A DNA stretch of 64,000 nt, taken from an uncultured Verrucomicrobiae bacterium (lineage in GTDB: Bacteria; Verrucomicrobiota; Verrucomicrobiia; Chthoniobacterales; UBA10450). The stretch spans positions 1,216,001 through 1,280,000 of the forward strand of contig CAVWPA010000003.1 of the NCBI GenBank assembly GCA_963756875.1, given 5' to 3'. The position numbers and the translations under genes were made by a program. The notes beneath the pieces were generated by a model, which was given only the letters and a program-made list of their open reading frames with translations, ran no database searches and was not told where the DNA came from. This document shows, piece after piece, positions 31,344-42,227 of this stretch. Each line of letters starts with the position of its first letter. Position 1 is the stretch's first letter.

Positions 31344-31386
31344 GATGGGTCCGAACTCGACGCGAAGAGAACCGGGTTGATGGAGT

Positions 31387-31440
31387 AATTGTGGGGCGTT
31401 TCCGCGAAACGCCACGGCGTCTGACACAGACGCCCTATAA
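31387..31440. repeat. REP-like palindrome family C (AATTGTRGGGC...GCCCTAYAA)
   Basis: AATTGTGGGGCGTTTCCGCGAAACGCC..GGCGTCTGACACAGACGCCCTATAA; contains the stop codon of the DUF885 gene. Confidence 0.75.
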
Positions 31441-33201
31441 CACGTCGTCCCACTTGCTCTTGTCCTTGAGCATGATTTCGCGCAGCAGGCGAATGGGCGG
31501 CATCCCGTGGTTGAGGAGTTTGTTGTGAAATTCCTGCAGCGAGAACTTGTCACCCTCCTGTGCCTTGTAATCGGCGCGTAGTTTCAGGATCTCCAGTTTG
31601 CCCAGGCTGTAATTGAGATAGAGGGGATCGAACGTCCCTCGCATGGCCTCGGCGTGCGCCGGTTTCTGCTCGTAATAACAATTGTCCTGAAAGAACTTGG
31701 TGGCTTCATCCATGGTCATTTTCTGAGTGTGCATCTTGATTGCAACGCACAGCCGGCATAAACGCAGCATTGCTTCGTCGGTCTGGGCCATGCGATATTT
31801 CGCCGCGCGTTTCAACTCTTCATCGGTGGGCTTGTCGCTGGTTGGGCCGCCATAGCCTTCGTCGATCATCATTTGCTCGCAGTAATGCGCCCAGCCTTCA
31901 ATGAATGCGTAACTGCCGAAAATCTTTTCCACCTTGCTCGCAGGCGATGCGTTCAAGCGCAGGAACTGGACGTAATGTCCGGGGTAAACCTCGTGGATCG
32001 AAATCACATCCGCCGTGTAGTAGTTAAAGGCGGTCAGCCATTCTTCCTTTTGTTTCTCCGGCCAATTGCTCTCCGGCGGCGTGACATAATAATACGCTTC
32101 GGTTGCGCGCTTTTCGAACGCGCCCGGCGCGTCCATTGAGGCGAACGAAGTCGCGCGGCGATACAAGGGCGTCTCCTTCACGTGGGCGCGCACTTCGGAA
32201 GGAATCGTGACCAGCTTATGGCTGGTAACGAATTTTCGGATCTGCTCGAGATCCTTCGCGATGTCGGGCAATAAAGTTTGCGCCGTTGGATGCTCGGTTT
32301 GGATCTGTTTGAAAACTTCAACAGGCGACTTGGTCGGATCGATAATTTTGGCTGCGGCGGCAAAAGCGTCCTGCTCCTTCTTTAGCTCGCTCATTCCAAG
32401 CTCGAGGATTTTTTCGGGGGGCAAATTGACAAGTTCCGTTTCCGAAAGCAGGCGACGGAATTTTTCTTCGCCCAGAGCGAAGTCGGCCGTCGCCTTTGGC
32501 AATCTTTCGCGCTCCAGCCAGCCGGCATAATCAGAAAGCGCGGCTGCTGCCTTGCGGTTGGATTCTTGAAACTCGCCGTTGAGGCGATCGTCTTTCAATC
32601 CGGCAATCGCTTCGACCAGATTCTTTCGCAGAAAATCGGCCGAAGCTTTTGCGATCTGGATGGCGAGCTGGACGTACGGCCGGGGGAGCACTGGATCGAG
32701 ATTGGTCTTGGCCGCAATCACGATATTGGGCACCTGCGATTCGATCGCTACGATGCCGCGAACGCGGTCCTCAAGCGGAGCGAAGTTGCGTTTGACGTAA
32801 ATATTCACGTCCGCGGCGCGCGCATAGACCATGGGATTGCGCTCGTAGATCGCCATGTCCTGGCGTTGAAAAATTTCCTTTTCAATTGCGGCTCGCAGGA
32901 TTCGGAGGTCGATGGACTGGCGCTGGCTCAATTTACTGAGATCGAATTTTGCGAGCCGGTCATCAAAGCGTTTCAACCGGAAAAGCTCGGCTTCGAGAGC
33001 GAGCCGATTGTAATCGGTGATTTTGCCGTCGTATTCATGAAGTCCGATGGCGGTGCCAAGCAGCGGACGCGCTGCGAAATAACCCTTGATGTATTCTTCG
33101 GCTACCGCTTCGTATTCCGAATCCGGGGTTTGCAGCGCAAAGTTGACCGCTCCCGGCAGAAAGATGACGGCGGTGATAAGAAACAGGCGAACAAACTTCA
33201 T
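31435..33201 (-). CDS. DUF885 family protein (putative metallopeptidase-like)
   Basis: Signal peptide, HEVYPGHYVQ, FIEGWAHYCE, YSLGKLEILKLR, FHNKLL..G. Confidence 0.9.
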   Translation of the reverse strand: MKFVRLFLITAVIFLPGAVNFALQTPDSEYEAVAEEYIKGYFAARPLLGTAIGLHEYDGKITDYNRLALEAELFRLKRFDDRLAKFDLSKLSQRQSIDLRILRAAIEKEIFQRQDMAIYERNPMVYARAADVNIYVKRNFAPLEDRVRGIVAIESQVPNIVIAAKTNLDPVLPRPYVQLAIQIAKASADFLRKNLVEAIAGLKDDRLNGEFQESNRKAAAALSDYAGWLERERLPKATADFALGEEKFRRLLSETELVNLPPEKILELGMSELKKEQDAFAAAAKIIDPTKSPVEVFKQIQTEHPTAQTLLPDIAKDLEQIRKFVTSHKLVTIPSEVRAHVKETPLYRRATSFASMDAPGAFEKRATEAYYYVTPPESNWPEKQKEEWLTAFNYYTADVISIHEVYPGHYVQFLRLNASPASKVEKIFGSYAFIEGWAHYCEQMMIDEGYGGPTSDKPTDEELKRAAKYRMAQTDEAMLRLCRLCVAIKMHTQKMTMDEATKFFQDNCYYEQKPAHAEAMRGTFDPLYLNYSLGKLEILKLRADYKAQEGDKFSLQEFHNKLLNHGMPPIRLLREIMLKDKSKWDDVL

Positions 33202-33300
33202 ATGCGTCTCTTAGCTTGATTGCGCGGCGCGAAACTTAGCCGACGGTTTGCGTATTGCCAAAAATTTCCGATGAGCGATTGTCCCATTCGGGCCAGACTC

Positions 33301-34605
33301 ATGAGATCGTTTCTTTTTCGCGTCTTGGTTTGCCTTCTTCTTTCGGTCGCTGTTGGGCGCGGCCAATCGCAAGCCGAACAAACCGACCAGACCAGGGACC
33401 AGCAGGATGACGGCTACTCGCAGATATCCATTTTCGCCAAAGCGATCGAGCTCCTTCGTCAGGATTATGTGGATGCAAATAAGACCAGTTATCACGACCT
33501 GATTGAGGCAGCAATGAAAGGCATGCTCTCCTCTCTGGATCCGCACAGCCAATACATGGATCCGAACGATTTCCGCGACATGCAGGACGACACCCGCAGT
33601 CGTTTTAACGGCCTGGGCATCGAAGTTTCGACGAAAAACGGCCTGCCCACCATCGTCGCGCCAATGGAGGACACGCCCGCCGCAAGGGCCGGTATTCTTG
33701 CCGGCGACCAAATCCTCAAGATTAACGGAGTTTCTACAGAGAAGATGGATTTGCAGGGAGTGATCGATCATTTGCGCGGGCCTTTGGGCCAGAAGATCAC
33801 GCTCACGTTGTTGCGGCCATCGACCAAGGAGATCAGGGATTTCACGATTGAGCGGGCTGAAATCAAAATCCAGAGCGTGAAAGATGCGCGGTTGCTCGAT
33901 CCCGATCTGACCGGCGCATTCAAAATTGGGTACGTTCGATTGATTCAGTTTAACGAGCCGACGGCCGACGATCTGTCGAAGGCGCTCGATGGATTGCAGA
34001 AGCAAGGAATGCAGGCGCTGATTCTCGATCTGCGTAACAACCCCGGTGGGTTGTTGAGCAGCGCCGTGGACGTCTGCGCGCAGTTTGTTCCGCGAAGCAC
34101 CAAGGTGGTTTCCACGCAGGGCCGGGTGACCTCTCAGGAACGCGTCTATTCGACATCCGGCGCCAGCGAGGAACGTCCGCGTTTTCCCATGGCGGTTCTG
34201 GTTAACGAAGGGAGCGCCAGCGGTGCCGAAATCGTCGCCGGCGCGCTGAAGGATTTGCATCGTGCCGTTTTGGTTGGTGAGACAACGTTCGGAAAGGGCT
34301 CCGTGCAAAACGTGATGCAGCTGCCTGACGGCTCGGCGCTCCGGTTTACGACCGCAAAATATTATACGCCCGGCAAGCAGGTCATTCAGGGAAACGGCGT
34401 GACGCCGAACATTCGTGTCCCCATGACTCCGGAGCAGGAGCGTGCGCTTTTTATGTTGCGTAACGCGGGAAGCATTTCCGCCAGGGACGAGACCAGGTTT
34501 ATCAAGACCAAAGATCCCCAAATGCTGCGCGCTATCGACGCACTGAAGGGCGTGATGATCTACGCGGAAAGAAACGCGCCGAAAACAGGCGCGATAAAGA
34601 AGTAA
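33301..34605 (+). CDS. ctpA: S41 carboxy-terminal processing protease
   Basis: LDPHSQY, GLGIEV PDZ, LDLRNNPGGLL, SASGAEIVAGAL, TFGKGSVQ, TTAKYYTP. Confidence 0.93.
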   Translation: MRSFLFRVLVCLLLSVAVGRGQSQAEQTDQTRDQQDDGYSQISIFAKAIELLRQDYVDANKTSYHDLIEAAMKGMLSSLDPHSQYMDPNDFRDMQDDTRSRFNGLGIEVSTKNGLPTIVAPMEDTPAARAGILAGDQILKINGVSTEKMDLQGVIDHLRGPLGQKITLTLLRPSTKEIRDFTIERAEIKIQSVKDARLLDPDLTGAFKIGYVRLIQFNEPTADDLSKALDGLQKQGMQALILDLRNNPGGLLSSAVDVCAQFVPRSTKVVSTQGRVTSQERVYSTSGASEERPRFPMAVLVNEGSASGAEIVAGALKDLHRAVLVGETTFGKGSVQNVMQLPDGSALRFTTAKYYTPGKQVIQGNGVTPNIRVPMTPEQERALFMLRNAGSISARDETRFIKTKDPQMLRAIDALKGVMIYAERNAPKTGAIKK

Positions 34606-34613
34606 TGTGGATC

Positions 34614-34674
34614 TGGAGGGACGACCTCCGTGTCGTCCCAAAACTAATGGGACGCGACAGAGCGCATCCCTCCA
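34614..34674. repeat. REP-like palindrome family B, intergenic
   Basis: TGGAGGGACGACCTCCGTGTCGTCCC...GGGACGCGACAGAGCGCATCCCTCCA. Confidence 0.85.
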
Positions 34675-34677
34675 TTC

Positions 34678-35748
34678 GTGATGACAATCCTCGCTCTCGA
34701 AACCTCCTGTGACGAAACCGCGGTCGCAATTCTGCGCGACGCGGGCGGCCCGTCTGCGCCGGAGCTGCTTGCCAGCGAAGTCGCGTCGCAAGTCTCCGAG
34801 CACGAGAAATACGGTGGCGTGGTTCCGGAGATTGCCTCGCGCAACCATCTCGTGCACGCCCCGCGTCTGCTCGAACGAGTGACCCAGACGGCAGGAGTCG
34901 ACCTGGCAAATGTCGATGCATTCGCGGCGACGAGCGGACCGGGGCTGGCCAGCTCGCTCATGATTGGCGCCTCCATCGCCAAAGGTCTCTCCATCGGTTT
35001 TGGCAAACATTACCTTGCCATCAACCATCTTGAGGGCCATTTGCTCTCGCCGTTTTTCGGAAGTGGCATCGGCTTCCAGCCGATGTCCGGAAGATCGGCT
35101 GGAAGCCGATGCCACGTGTCGCTGATCGCAAGCGGCGGACATACCATGTCGATCTTGGTTCGTGGCGTCTGTGATTACGAAGTGATCGGCCGGACTGTGG
35201 ACGACGCCGCGGGAGAAGCCTTTGATAAAGTGGCCAAGCTTCTCGGGCTCGGTTATCCGGGCGGCCCGGAGATTGAAAGACTCGCGCGCGATGGCGACTC
35301 AAAGCGCTTCGATCTTCCGCGCAGTATGCTCGATTCGCAGAATTTCAGCTTCAGCGGACTAAAAACAGCGGTGCGATATCTGTTGCCGAAAATTGTGGGG
35401 CGTCCGTGGCGGACGCCCTACAAACTGGCAGAGAAGGACCTTGCTGATCTCTGCGCGTCATTTCAACAAGCGATCGTGGACGTGCTCGTGCGCAAAACAA
35501 TTGCCGCGGCTAAAAAATGTGGCGTCGATCTCGTAACGGTGAGCGGCGGCGTCAGTTGCAATCAGGAACTGCGCCGGCAAATGCACGACGCTTGCAAACG
35601 TGAAGGGTTCGAATTCAAAAGCGCGGAACCATGGCTCTGCACGGATAACGCCGCGATGATTGCTTTCGCCGCGTGGCTGCGAGTGCAAAACGGCTTCGAG
35701 TCGAGTGTGACCGACGAAATCGATCCGAATCTCGCGCTGGCGCTGTAG
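34678..35748 (+). CDS. tsaD: tRNA threonylcarbamoyladenosine biosynthesis protein
   Basis: LETSCDETAVA, GGVVPEIASRNH, NHLEGH, SGGHT, DDAAGEAFDKVA, FSFSGLKT, CTDNAAMI; two in-frame palindromes. Confidence 0.97.
   Translation: MMTILALETSCDETAVAILRDAGGPSAPELLASEVASQVSEHEKYGGVVPEIASRNHLVHAPRLLERVTQTAGVDLANVDAFAATSGPGLASSLMIGASIAKGLSIGFGKHYLAINHLEGHLLSPFFGSGIGFQPMSGRSAGSRCHVSLIASGGHTMSILVRGVCDYEVIGRTVDDAAGEAFDKVAKLLGLGYPGGPEIERLARDGDSKRFDLPRSMLDSQNFSFSGLKTAVRYLLPKIVGRPWRTPYKLAEKDLADLCASFQQAIVDVLVRKTIAAAKKCGVDLVTVSGGVSCNQELRRQMHDACKREGFEFKSAEPWLCTDNAAMIAFAAWLRVQNGFESSVTDEIDPNLALAL
35063..35115. repeat. Palindrome in-frame in tsaD
   Basis: GTGGCATCGGCTTCCAGCCGAT...ATCGGCTGGAAGCCGATGCCAC, 22-bp perfect inverted arms. 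Confidence 0.85.
35391..35424. repeat. Family C palindrome in-frame in tsaD
   Basis: AATTGTGGGGCGTCCGTGGCGGACGCCCTACAAA. Confidence 0.8.
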
Positions 35749-35804
35749 CGGTTTTGCTTCGCGAAACGCAACGTCTGCAACTGGCACTCCGTGGTTGCGG
35801 TGGG

Positions 35805-35855
35805 GTAGGGACGCCGCGCTGCGGCGTCCGGGTGGCGCAGCGCGCCGCCCCTGCC
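35805..35855. repeat. GGTAGGGACG-type REP-like palindrome between tsaD and ispA
   Basis: GGTAGGGACGCCGCGCTGCGGCGTCC...GCCCCTGCC. Confidence 0.65.
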
Positions 35856-35859
35856 ATTT

Positions 35860-36742
35860 TCAGGTACTCGCGCTCGAGGAGATAATTTGCCAGCGCATGC
35901 AGCGGTTCGGCTTTCGGTCCGAAGATCGACAACGCGTTGTGCGCCCGCTTTGTTAGGCGACGCGCCTCAGCGCGCGATTTTTCCAGGCCAATCACGGCCG
36001 GGTAGGTTGCCTTTTTCGCTGCAATATCTTTTCCCGCGCTCTTCCCAAGCTTCTCACTCGTTTGCGTAACATCGAGAATGTCGTCGATGACCTGGAATGC
36101 GAGGCCCAGCGCCCGGCCAAATCTCGTAATCGCGCCGAGCTTTTTTTGGCTGGCGTTGGCGCTCATCGCTCCGAGCCGGACTGACGTTGTTAGAATAGCA
36201 GCCGTCTTATTTTCGTGAATATAGCGAAGCTGCGCGCGGTTCGCGTGGCCCCCTTCCGCTTCGAGATCGGCCACCTGGCCGGCAATCAGTTTTTGGCTGC
36301 CTGCGGCGATTGCGACTTCGCGCAGCAGGATCTGCATGTTGTAGCGCGGCGCGGGCTGGGCGCGCGAGACAATCTCGAACGCAATCGTCAACAATGCGTC
36401 GCCGGCAAGCACAGCGATGCCGTCGCCGAATACCTTGTGGCAGGTCGGGCGACCGCGCCGGAAATCGTCGTTGTCCATGCTTGGGAGGTCATCGTGGACA
36501 AGCGAATAGGTATGAATGCATTCCATGGCACAGGCGAGCGGCATCGCCTTGTCGGTTTTGCCGCCGCAGGTTTCGGCTGCCGCGAGACAGAGGATGGGCC
36601 GCAACCGTTTTCCGCCGGCGAACAAGCTGTAGCGCATCGCCTTGTGGATCGTTGCGGGCCTGGTCTTTTCTTTTGGCAGATAACGGTCCAGAGCGCGATC
36701 GATCAGTTTCTGGCGCGAGCGGAGATAGGTTTTGAGATTCAT
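35860..36742 (-). CDS. ispA: Polyprenyl (farnesyl/geranylgeranyl) diphosphate synthase; true stop probably near 35860
   Basis: GGKRLRP, SLVHDDLPSMDNDDFRRG, AFQVIDDILD, GKSAGKD; homology ends at LEREY, where GAGTACCTGA is one base off a TGA. Confidence 0.9.
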
Positions 36743-36749
36743 GAACCCG

Positions 36750-36832
36750 ACACTGGATACTTGATTCTAGATGCTGGATAACGGAAATCGCGCGCCAATA
36801 TCAAGCATCCAGTATCCGGAATCCAGTATCTG
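36750..36832. repeat. Inverted heptamer tandem repeats (CTGGATA / TATCCAG)
   Basis: CTGGATACTTGATTCTAGATGCTGGATA ... ATCAAGCATCCAGTATCCGGAATCCAGTATC. Confidence 0.75.
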
Positions 36833-36836
36833 CGCC

Positions 36837-37809
36837 TCAGATATTCTCCGCCGTTTCGGCTGTCGCCACCGGCTTGGTCCGCATCGCCAAAAAGGCGCCG
36901 AGGAGCAAAATCGCCGCGCTCCAAATTTGTGCGCGGGATAGGTGTTCGTGAAAGATCCAGGCGGAAAGTGCGACGGCTCCCAGTGGGCAAAGCAGTTGCA
37001 GCGTTTGGGAGAGCGCGACGCCGATCTCCTGGATCGCCACATAATATAAGACATGAGCAAGGGTGATACAGCTGACGGCGGAAATGATCAGGATCACGTT
37101 GACGTGGAGTCCCACTTGAAGCGGCGCGCCGATATTTCCAAAGGCAACCGTGAGCGGGAGCAACAAAGCCGATGTGATGAAACTGATCAGCCCGAAACTA
37201 CGGATGGGGCCGAGTTGAGCGGAAGGCCGCTTGACCAGGACACCGTAAAGCGCCCAACAAAACGTGGCGGTGAAGGCAATGAAGAGTCCGGGCAGGGCGA
37301 TGTGTTTCTCTTGCCCGTTGGATTGGAACCAGATCACACCGAAAGCGCCAACCAGGCCGAGAAAGGTTCCAGCTTGAAACTGCCACTGCCGGATGATGCG
37401 GCGTTCTTCAGGAAAAAAGGCAAGCGCGAGCAGGGAGGTAAAAATTACAGATGAGCGGGTGAAGACGGCATAGACACCGGGGCCCACGTAAAAAAGAGCG
37501 ACCACCTGGGTGACCTGGTGCACGACATTGGGCAAACACGGCCAGAGACAGGCGAGAAACGCGGCTCGATTGAGTGGTGGTCCGCCGCGATGAAGACGAT
37601 AAAAAAACAAAGGCGCGATGGCGAGGCAGGCGACGGAGTAACGATAAAAATTTTGCGCCCAGGGATCGTAATAACGAATGAGATAGAATTGAAAGAGCGA
37701 CGGCAGGGACCAGAGTGACGATGGTGCCGGAAAGAGCTGCGTATCCTCTGGAACGGCTGGCGCCGGAGTCCGGCGCAACGGCGGTTCGTACGGGATCTGG
37801 TTGTTTCAT
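36837..37809 (-). CDS. DMT/EamA family transporter (frameshift near 37715)
   Basis: About ten hydrophobic helices in two EamA-like halves (FFPEER; WIFHEHLS); N-terminus in an adjacent frame. Confidence 0.85.
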
Positions 37810-37900
37810 GAAGCCGGGTCTGGTATGACTGGACGTATTAATTTGCTGGCTTACCAGCGATTAATTGCGCAAAAAGCATGTGAGCAAGGAGAAAAGCGAT

Positions 37901-38842
37901 ATGACTACGACACGAATAATTATCCTCATGGTGGCCGTCGCATTTGTCGGCCTGCCTAGCGACGCCCCGGCGAAAAAGCGAAGGGGTGGCGGAGGGGGCG
38001 GCGGCGGTGAAGGGGGAGGAGCAAGCGAATTCAACAAGGGCAACAAGCTTTTCGAACAACAGCAATACGAAAAGGCGCTGGAGGAGTACACAAAAGCAAT
38101 TCAAGCCGGCGGTAATCAGGCTGGGTATTACGAAAACCGCGGGATGACCTATTTGGCGCTGGAAAGAGGATCGGATGCGGTGGCTGATTTTTTCAAAGCC
38201 ATTGATCTGGCACCGAACGACGAGCGCGGTTACATCGGACGCGCCCAGGCCTACCTGTTGCAAAGGAAATACGAGCAAGCGCTGGCCGATGCGGACAAAG
38301 CAATCCAGCTCAAGCCGGAAGACGCATTTGCCTACAAATTCCGGGGTTTTGCTGATCTTGGACTCGCCCAGTGGGACAGGGCTATTGCAGATTTCAACGC
38401 GGCGATCCAAAGAAACCCAAACGACCCGCAGCTTTACGAGCGGCAGGCATGGGCCTACCGCAATTTGAAAAACAACGAGGCGGCCATTGCCAATTACACG
38501 ACAGCGATTGCGAAAAAACCGAACGACGGCGACCTCTGGACCAAGCGTGGCTACACCTACAGCTTAACGGGCCAGTTTCAGAAGGCGATCGCCGATTATG
38601 GACAGGCGATGAAGCTGAATCCAAACGACACCGAGACGCCGGAACGGTTGCAATATGCCCGCAACATGCTGGCTGCCCAAAATGCGCCGCCGCCTACGCC
38701 TACGCCTACGCCGGTGCCAGCCCCGAGCATATTTTCTCCGGTCAACATTGGAATTGGGATCGTCGTGATAATTATTATCGCGGTGGTGGTCCGGCTGATG
38801 ACCCGGGGCAAAGCCGAGGTGACAAGCTCGCGTATCCGGTAA
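37901..38842 (+). CDS. Tetratricopeptide repeat protein with signal peptide and C-terminal TM anchor
   Basis: Repeated A..DF.KAI.L.P.D...Y..RG units, PT linker, hydrophobic tail. Confidence 0.9.
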   Translation: MTTTRIIILMVAVAFVGLPSDAPAKKRRGGGGGGGGEGGGASEFNKGNKLFEQQQYEKALEEYTKAIQAGGNQAGYYENRGMTYLALERGSDAVADFFKAIDLAPNDERGYIGRAQAYLLQRKYEQALADADKAIQLKPEDAFAYKFRGFADLGLAQWDRAIADFNAAIQRNPNDPQLYERQAWAYRNLKNNEAAIANYTTAIAKKPNDGDLWTKRGYTYSLTGQFQKAIADYGQAMKLNPNDTETPERLQYARNMLAAQNAPPPTPTPTPVPAPSIFSPVNIGIGIVVIIIIAVVVRLMTRGKAEVTSSRIR

Positions 38843-39036
38843 ATGGGGAGCGCCGATCCTGCGGAGATGCCTCGGCGATCTGTAATTTGACGTTGAACGT
38901 TGAGCGCCTGCTCGCGAAGGCCGTCGGAGTCGAGCGCCTGTTCGCGAAGGCCTTCGGCGTCGGGCGTTTGCCGTTGGATCCAATAGCTGGTTCGGCCTCT
39001 CTCCCAGCGTGGCGCTTCTTTCGGAAAGAAATTTCT

Positions 39037-39064
39037 TTGACAGGCCTCGGGCCGCTGTTAGCTT
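39037..39064 (+). promoter_or_regulatory. Sigma70-type promoter for tRNA-Thr/tuf
   Basis: TTGACA-16 bp-TAGCTT with a TGn extended -10. Confidence 0.6.
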
Positions 39065-39175
39065 GCGGACGCTTTTTGCTGGACGAGGCGGTCCCATGGT
39101 CGTTCAAATGCAAATTTGACGCGGCTCTGGGACTTTTGGCTCTCTAACGAAAGGCGAAAACCGGGCCGTCGGGCC

Positions 39176-39251
<76 letters not shown>

Positions 39252-39310
39252 AAGCTTGCGACCGGTTATTACATGGTAAAGATGCAGTTTAATTAAAAAG
39301 AAAGATCGAC

Positions 39311-40495
39311 ATGGCAAAGGAAGCATTTAAACGCGACAAGCCGCACTTGAACGTCGGCACGATCGGTCACGTGGACCACGGCAAGACCACGCTTACGGCT
39401 GCAATCACCAGCGTGCTTGCCAAAAAAGGCATGGCCGAAGTTCGTGCGTACGAATCAATCGATAACGCGCCCGAGGAGAAAGAGCGCGGCATTACCATTA
39501 ACACGGCGCACGTGGAGTACCAGAGCGACAAGCGTCATTACGCGCACGTCGATTGTCCGGGCCACGCCGATTACGTGAAGAACATGATCACCGGTGCCGC
39601 GCAAATGGACGGTGCCATTCTGGTCGTCTCGGCCGCCGATGGCCCCATGCCCCAGACTCGCGAACATATTCTGCTCGCGCGCCAGGTCGGTGTGCCGTCG
39701 ATTGTTGTTTTCCTTAACAAAACGGACATGGTCGACGACCCGGAGCTTCTGGATCTTGTGGAGATGGAAGTTCGCGATCTGCTCACGCAATATGAATTTC
39801 CGGGAGATAAAATCCCGATCGTCAAAGGCAGCGCGCTCAAGGCGTTGAACGGCGATGCCGAGGCGGAGAAGCAGATTCTCGCGCTGGTGCAAGCCATCGA
39901 CGATTACATTCCGGTGCCGGAACGTCCCATCGATCAGCCGTTCCTGATGCCGGTCGAAGACGTATTCAACATTGAAGGCCGTGGCACGGTGGCCACTGGA
40001 CGCGTCGAGCGCGGCGTCCTCAAGAAAATGGAGGAAGTGGAGATTGTCGGCATCAAACCGACGGCCAAGACGGTTGCCACCGACATCGAAATGTTTCGCA
40101 AGCTTCTTGATGAAGCGCGCGCCGGCGACAACGTTGGCGTGCTGCTGCGCGGTGTGAAGAAGGAAGATGTCGAGCGCGGTCAGGTCATCGCAAAGCCGGG
40201 TTCGATCACTCCGCACAAGAAATTCAAGGCGGAAGTCTACGTGTTGAGTAAGGAGGAAGGCGGCCGTCACACGCCGTTCTTCAGCAACTACCGGCCGCAA
40301 TTTTATTTTCGTACCACCGATGTTACTGGCACGGTGAAATTGCCCGCCGGCGTGGAAATGGTCATGCCGGGCGACAACGTTTCCATCGAAGTGGAGTTGA
40401 TTACTCCCATTGCGATGGAAAAAACAATTCGTTTCGCTATTCGCGAAGGAGGCAAGACCGTCGGCGCGGGTCGCGTCGCCGAGATCTTGGATTAA
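39311..40495 (+). CDS. tuf: Elongation factor Tu
   Basis: [45 protein letters not shown]. Confidence 0.99.
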   Translation: MAKEAFKRDKPHLNVGTIGHVDHGKTTLTAAITSVLAKKGMAEVRAYESIDNAPEEKERGITINTAHVEYQSDKRHYAHVDCPGHADYVKNMITGAAQMDGAILVVSAADGPMPQTREHILLARQVGVPSIVVFLNKTDMVDDPELLDLVEMEVRDLLTQYEFPGDKIPIVKGSALKALNGDAEAEKQILALVQAIDDYIPVPERPIDQPFLMPVEDVFNIEGRGTVATGRVERGVLKKMEEVEIVGIKPTAKTVATDIEMFRKLLDEARAGDNVGVLLRGVKKEDVERGQVIAKPGSITPHKKFKAEVYVLSKEEGGRHTPFFSNYRPQFYFRTTDVTGTVKLPAGVEMVMPGDNVSIEVELITPIAMEKTIRFAIREGGKTVGAGRVAEILD

Positions 40496-40581
40496 GTTAA
40501 ATCTTACTCTTTCTCATGCTCATGCTCTTGATCGACAAGAGGTGAGCAAGATTAGGAGCAGGAGCAGGAGTTTAAAAGCTT

Positions 40582-40654
40582 ACGCCAGTAGCTCAATTGG
40601 TAGAGTAGCGGTCTCCAAAACCGTCGGTTGGGGGTTCGAGTCCCTCCTGGCGTG
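40582..40654 (+). tRNA. tRNA-Trp(CCA)
   Basis: ACGCCAG/CTGGCGT acceptor, GCGGT-CTCCAAA-ACCGT anticodon arm, GGTTCGAGTCC; usual position before secE. Confidence 0.97.
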
Positions 40655-40667
40655 TTCAAAAATATGC

Positions 40668-40750
40668 AAACGCCGAACGCCCAACGCCGAATTTCGAACC
40701 CAGCCCAAACAATTGGACGTTGGGCGTTGAGCGTTGGATGTTGGACGTTG
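40668..40750. repeat. Inverted heptamer tandem repeats (AACGCCS / GRCGTTG)
   Basis: AACGCCGAACGCCCAACGCCGAA ... TTGGACGTTGGGCGTTGAGCGTTGGATGTTGGACGTT. Confidence 0.8.
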
Positions 40751-40767
40751 TCTTAATGTAAATGTAA

Positions 40768-40986
40768 ATGATCGCACAGACGAAGAAGTTCTTTAACGAG
40801 GTGATGGTCGAGTTGCGCAAAGCTTCCTGGCCGTGGGATCCCAAGGAAAAGGGCTTTCGCCGCTACAGAGAGCTGTTCGACGACACCGTGCTGGTCGTCA
40901 TCGCCATGCTCCTCCTTGGCGGGTACGTGGCGCTCTTCGATTTTGTTTTGATCAACGTCATCCATTTCTTTACCAAGCTGCACTGA
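40768..40986 (+). CDS. secE: Preprotein translocase subunit SecE
   Basis: FFNEVMVELRKASWP plus a single TM; between tRNA-Trp and nusG. Confidence 0.92.
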   Translation: MIAQTKKFFNEVMVELRKASWPWDPKEKGFRRYRELFDDTVLVVIAMLLLGGYVALFDFVLINVIHFFTKLH

Positions 40987-40988
40987 TT

Positions 40989-41558
40989 ATGGCACAGACA
41001 CTCGCGGGAAAAGATCAATGGTTCGTGGTCCATGTGCTTTCCGGCCAGGAAAACAAGGTGCGCGACAACATTCTGAAACGCATCAAGACCGAGGAGATGG
41101 GCGATCTGGTTTACGAAGTGCTCGTGCCGACCGAGCGCGTCTCCGAAATCAAGAAGGGCAAGAAAAGCGAAACGACGCGGAAGTTTTTCCCCGGTTATCT
41201 GATTGTGAACATGCACCTGCTCGATGAGAACAACCAGCTCGTCGGCCGCACCTGGTATTTCGTTCGTGATACACCCGGTGTGATCGGCTTCGCCGGCACA
41301 AAGGATAAGCCGATCCCGATGCGCCAGTCGGAAGTAGACAGCATGCTCGCGCAAATGAAGGAGCGCGAAGAGAAAGTAAAACCGAAGGTCAGCTTCGAAG
41401 TTGGCGAGACGGTGAAAGTCGCCGACGGCCCATTCCAGAACCAAAACGGGATCGTTGAAGAAATCGATCCCGAGCGCGGCAAACTGCGCGTCTCCGTTAC
41501 GATTTTCGGCCGCGCCACTCCGGTCGAGCTTGAATACTGGCAGGTGGAACGCGGCTAA
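40989..41558 (+). CDS. nusG: Transcription termination/antitermination factor
   Basis: [53 protein letters not shown]. Confidence 0.98.
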   Translation: MAQTLAGKDQWFVVHVLSGQENKVRDNILKRIKTEEMGDLVYEVLVPTERVSEIKKGKKSETTRKFFPGYLIVNMHLLDENNQLVGRTWYFVRDTPGVIGFAGTKDKPIPMRQSEVDSMLAQMKEREEKVKPKVSFEVGETVKVADGPFQNQNGIVEEIDPERGKLRVSVTIFGRATPVELEYWQVERG

Positions 41559-41599
41559 ACAGTCTCTCAACTCTCAACCAAGAACTCTCAACTTTTCCA

Positions 41600-42025
41600 A
41601 TGGCCAAAGAAATCGTCGCACATGTTAAGCTGCAAATTCCAGCAGGGCAGGCGAACCCTGCGCCCCCGGTTGGCACCGCACTCGGACCGCGCGGTGTGAA
41701 CATCATGGCGTTCTGCAAGGAATTTAACGCGGCTACCCAGAAACAAGCCGGCGACATTCTGCCGGTCGTGATCACGGTTTTTAAAGACAAGTCGTTTACC
41801 TTTATCACCAAAAGCCCGCCTGCCGCGATCCTGTTGAAGAAAGCGGCCAACATCGCCGCCGGTTCAAAGGAACCCAACAAAACGAAGGTGGGCACGGTCA
41901 CGCGCAAACAGGTCATGGACATCGTAAAAACGAAGGCCAAAGACCTGAACGCGCGTAACGACGAAGCCGCTTTCCGCATCATCGCCGGCACCGCCCGCCA
42001 AATGGGCCTCGAAATCGTCGACTGA
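41600..42025 (+). CDS. rplK: 50S ribosomal protein L11
   Basis: [36 protein letters not shown]. Confidence 0.99.
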   Translation: MAKEIVAHVKLQIPAGQANPAPPVGTALGPRGVNIMAFCKEFNAATQKQAGDILPVVITVFKDKSFTFITKSPPAAILLKKAANIAAGSKEPNKTKVGTVTRKQVMDIVKTKAKDLNARNDEAAFRIIAGTARQMGLEIVD

Positions 42026-42030
42026 TTTCA

Positions 42031-42220
42031 ACCGCGGATTACGCGGATTTCCCGGATGGGGAGCGCACGCTCCTGAGTGCGGTTTCGGCGCCTCGCGAAT
42101 CACGCGAATTTACGCGAAAGATTCAGAGCCGCCGGACATGCTTTGCATTAGCGTCAATTGGCGTGTTTAGCGGATCCTCTTCCCTCCATTTTCCGCGTCA
42201 GCATTCGCGTGATTCGCGGG
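42031..42220. repeat. Composite repeat cluster (9-mer CGCGGATT / CGCGAAT units plus a partial family A palindrome)
   Basis: ACCGCGGATTACGCGGATTTCCCGGAT, GGGGAGCGCACGC..GGCGCCTCGC, CGCGAATCACGCGAATTTACGCGAA ... ATTCGCGTGATTCGCG. Confidence 0.7.
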
Positions 42221-42227
42221 CCGAGAA

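Noticed and set aside
33211..35142. 643-aa minus-strand ORF and similar long antisense ORFs (7880-8938, 26475-27488, 39455-40300)
   Set aside because: Shadow frames of well-supported opposite-strand genes in GC-rich DNA; no recognisable motifs.
35615..35860. 80-aa C-terminal extension of IspA overlapping tsaD
   Set aside because: It reads through a REP and antisense tsaD; removing one base restores TAC-TGA at the expected end.
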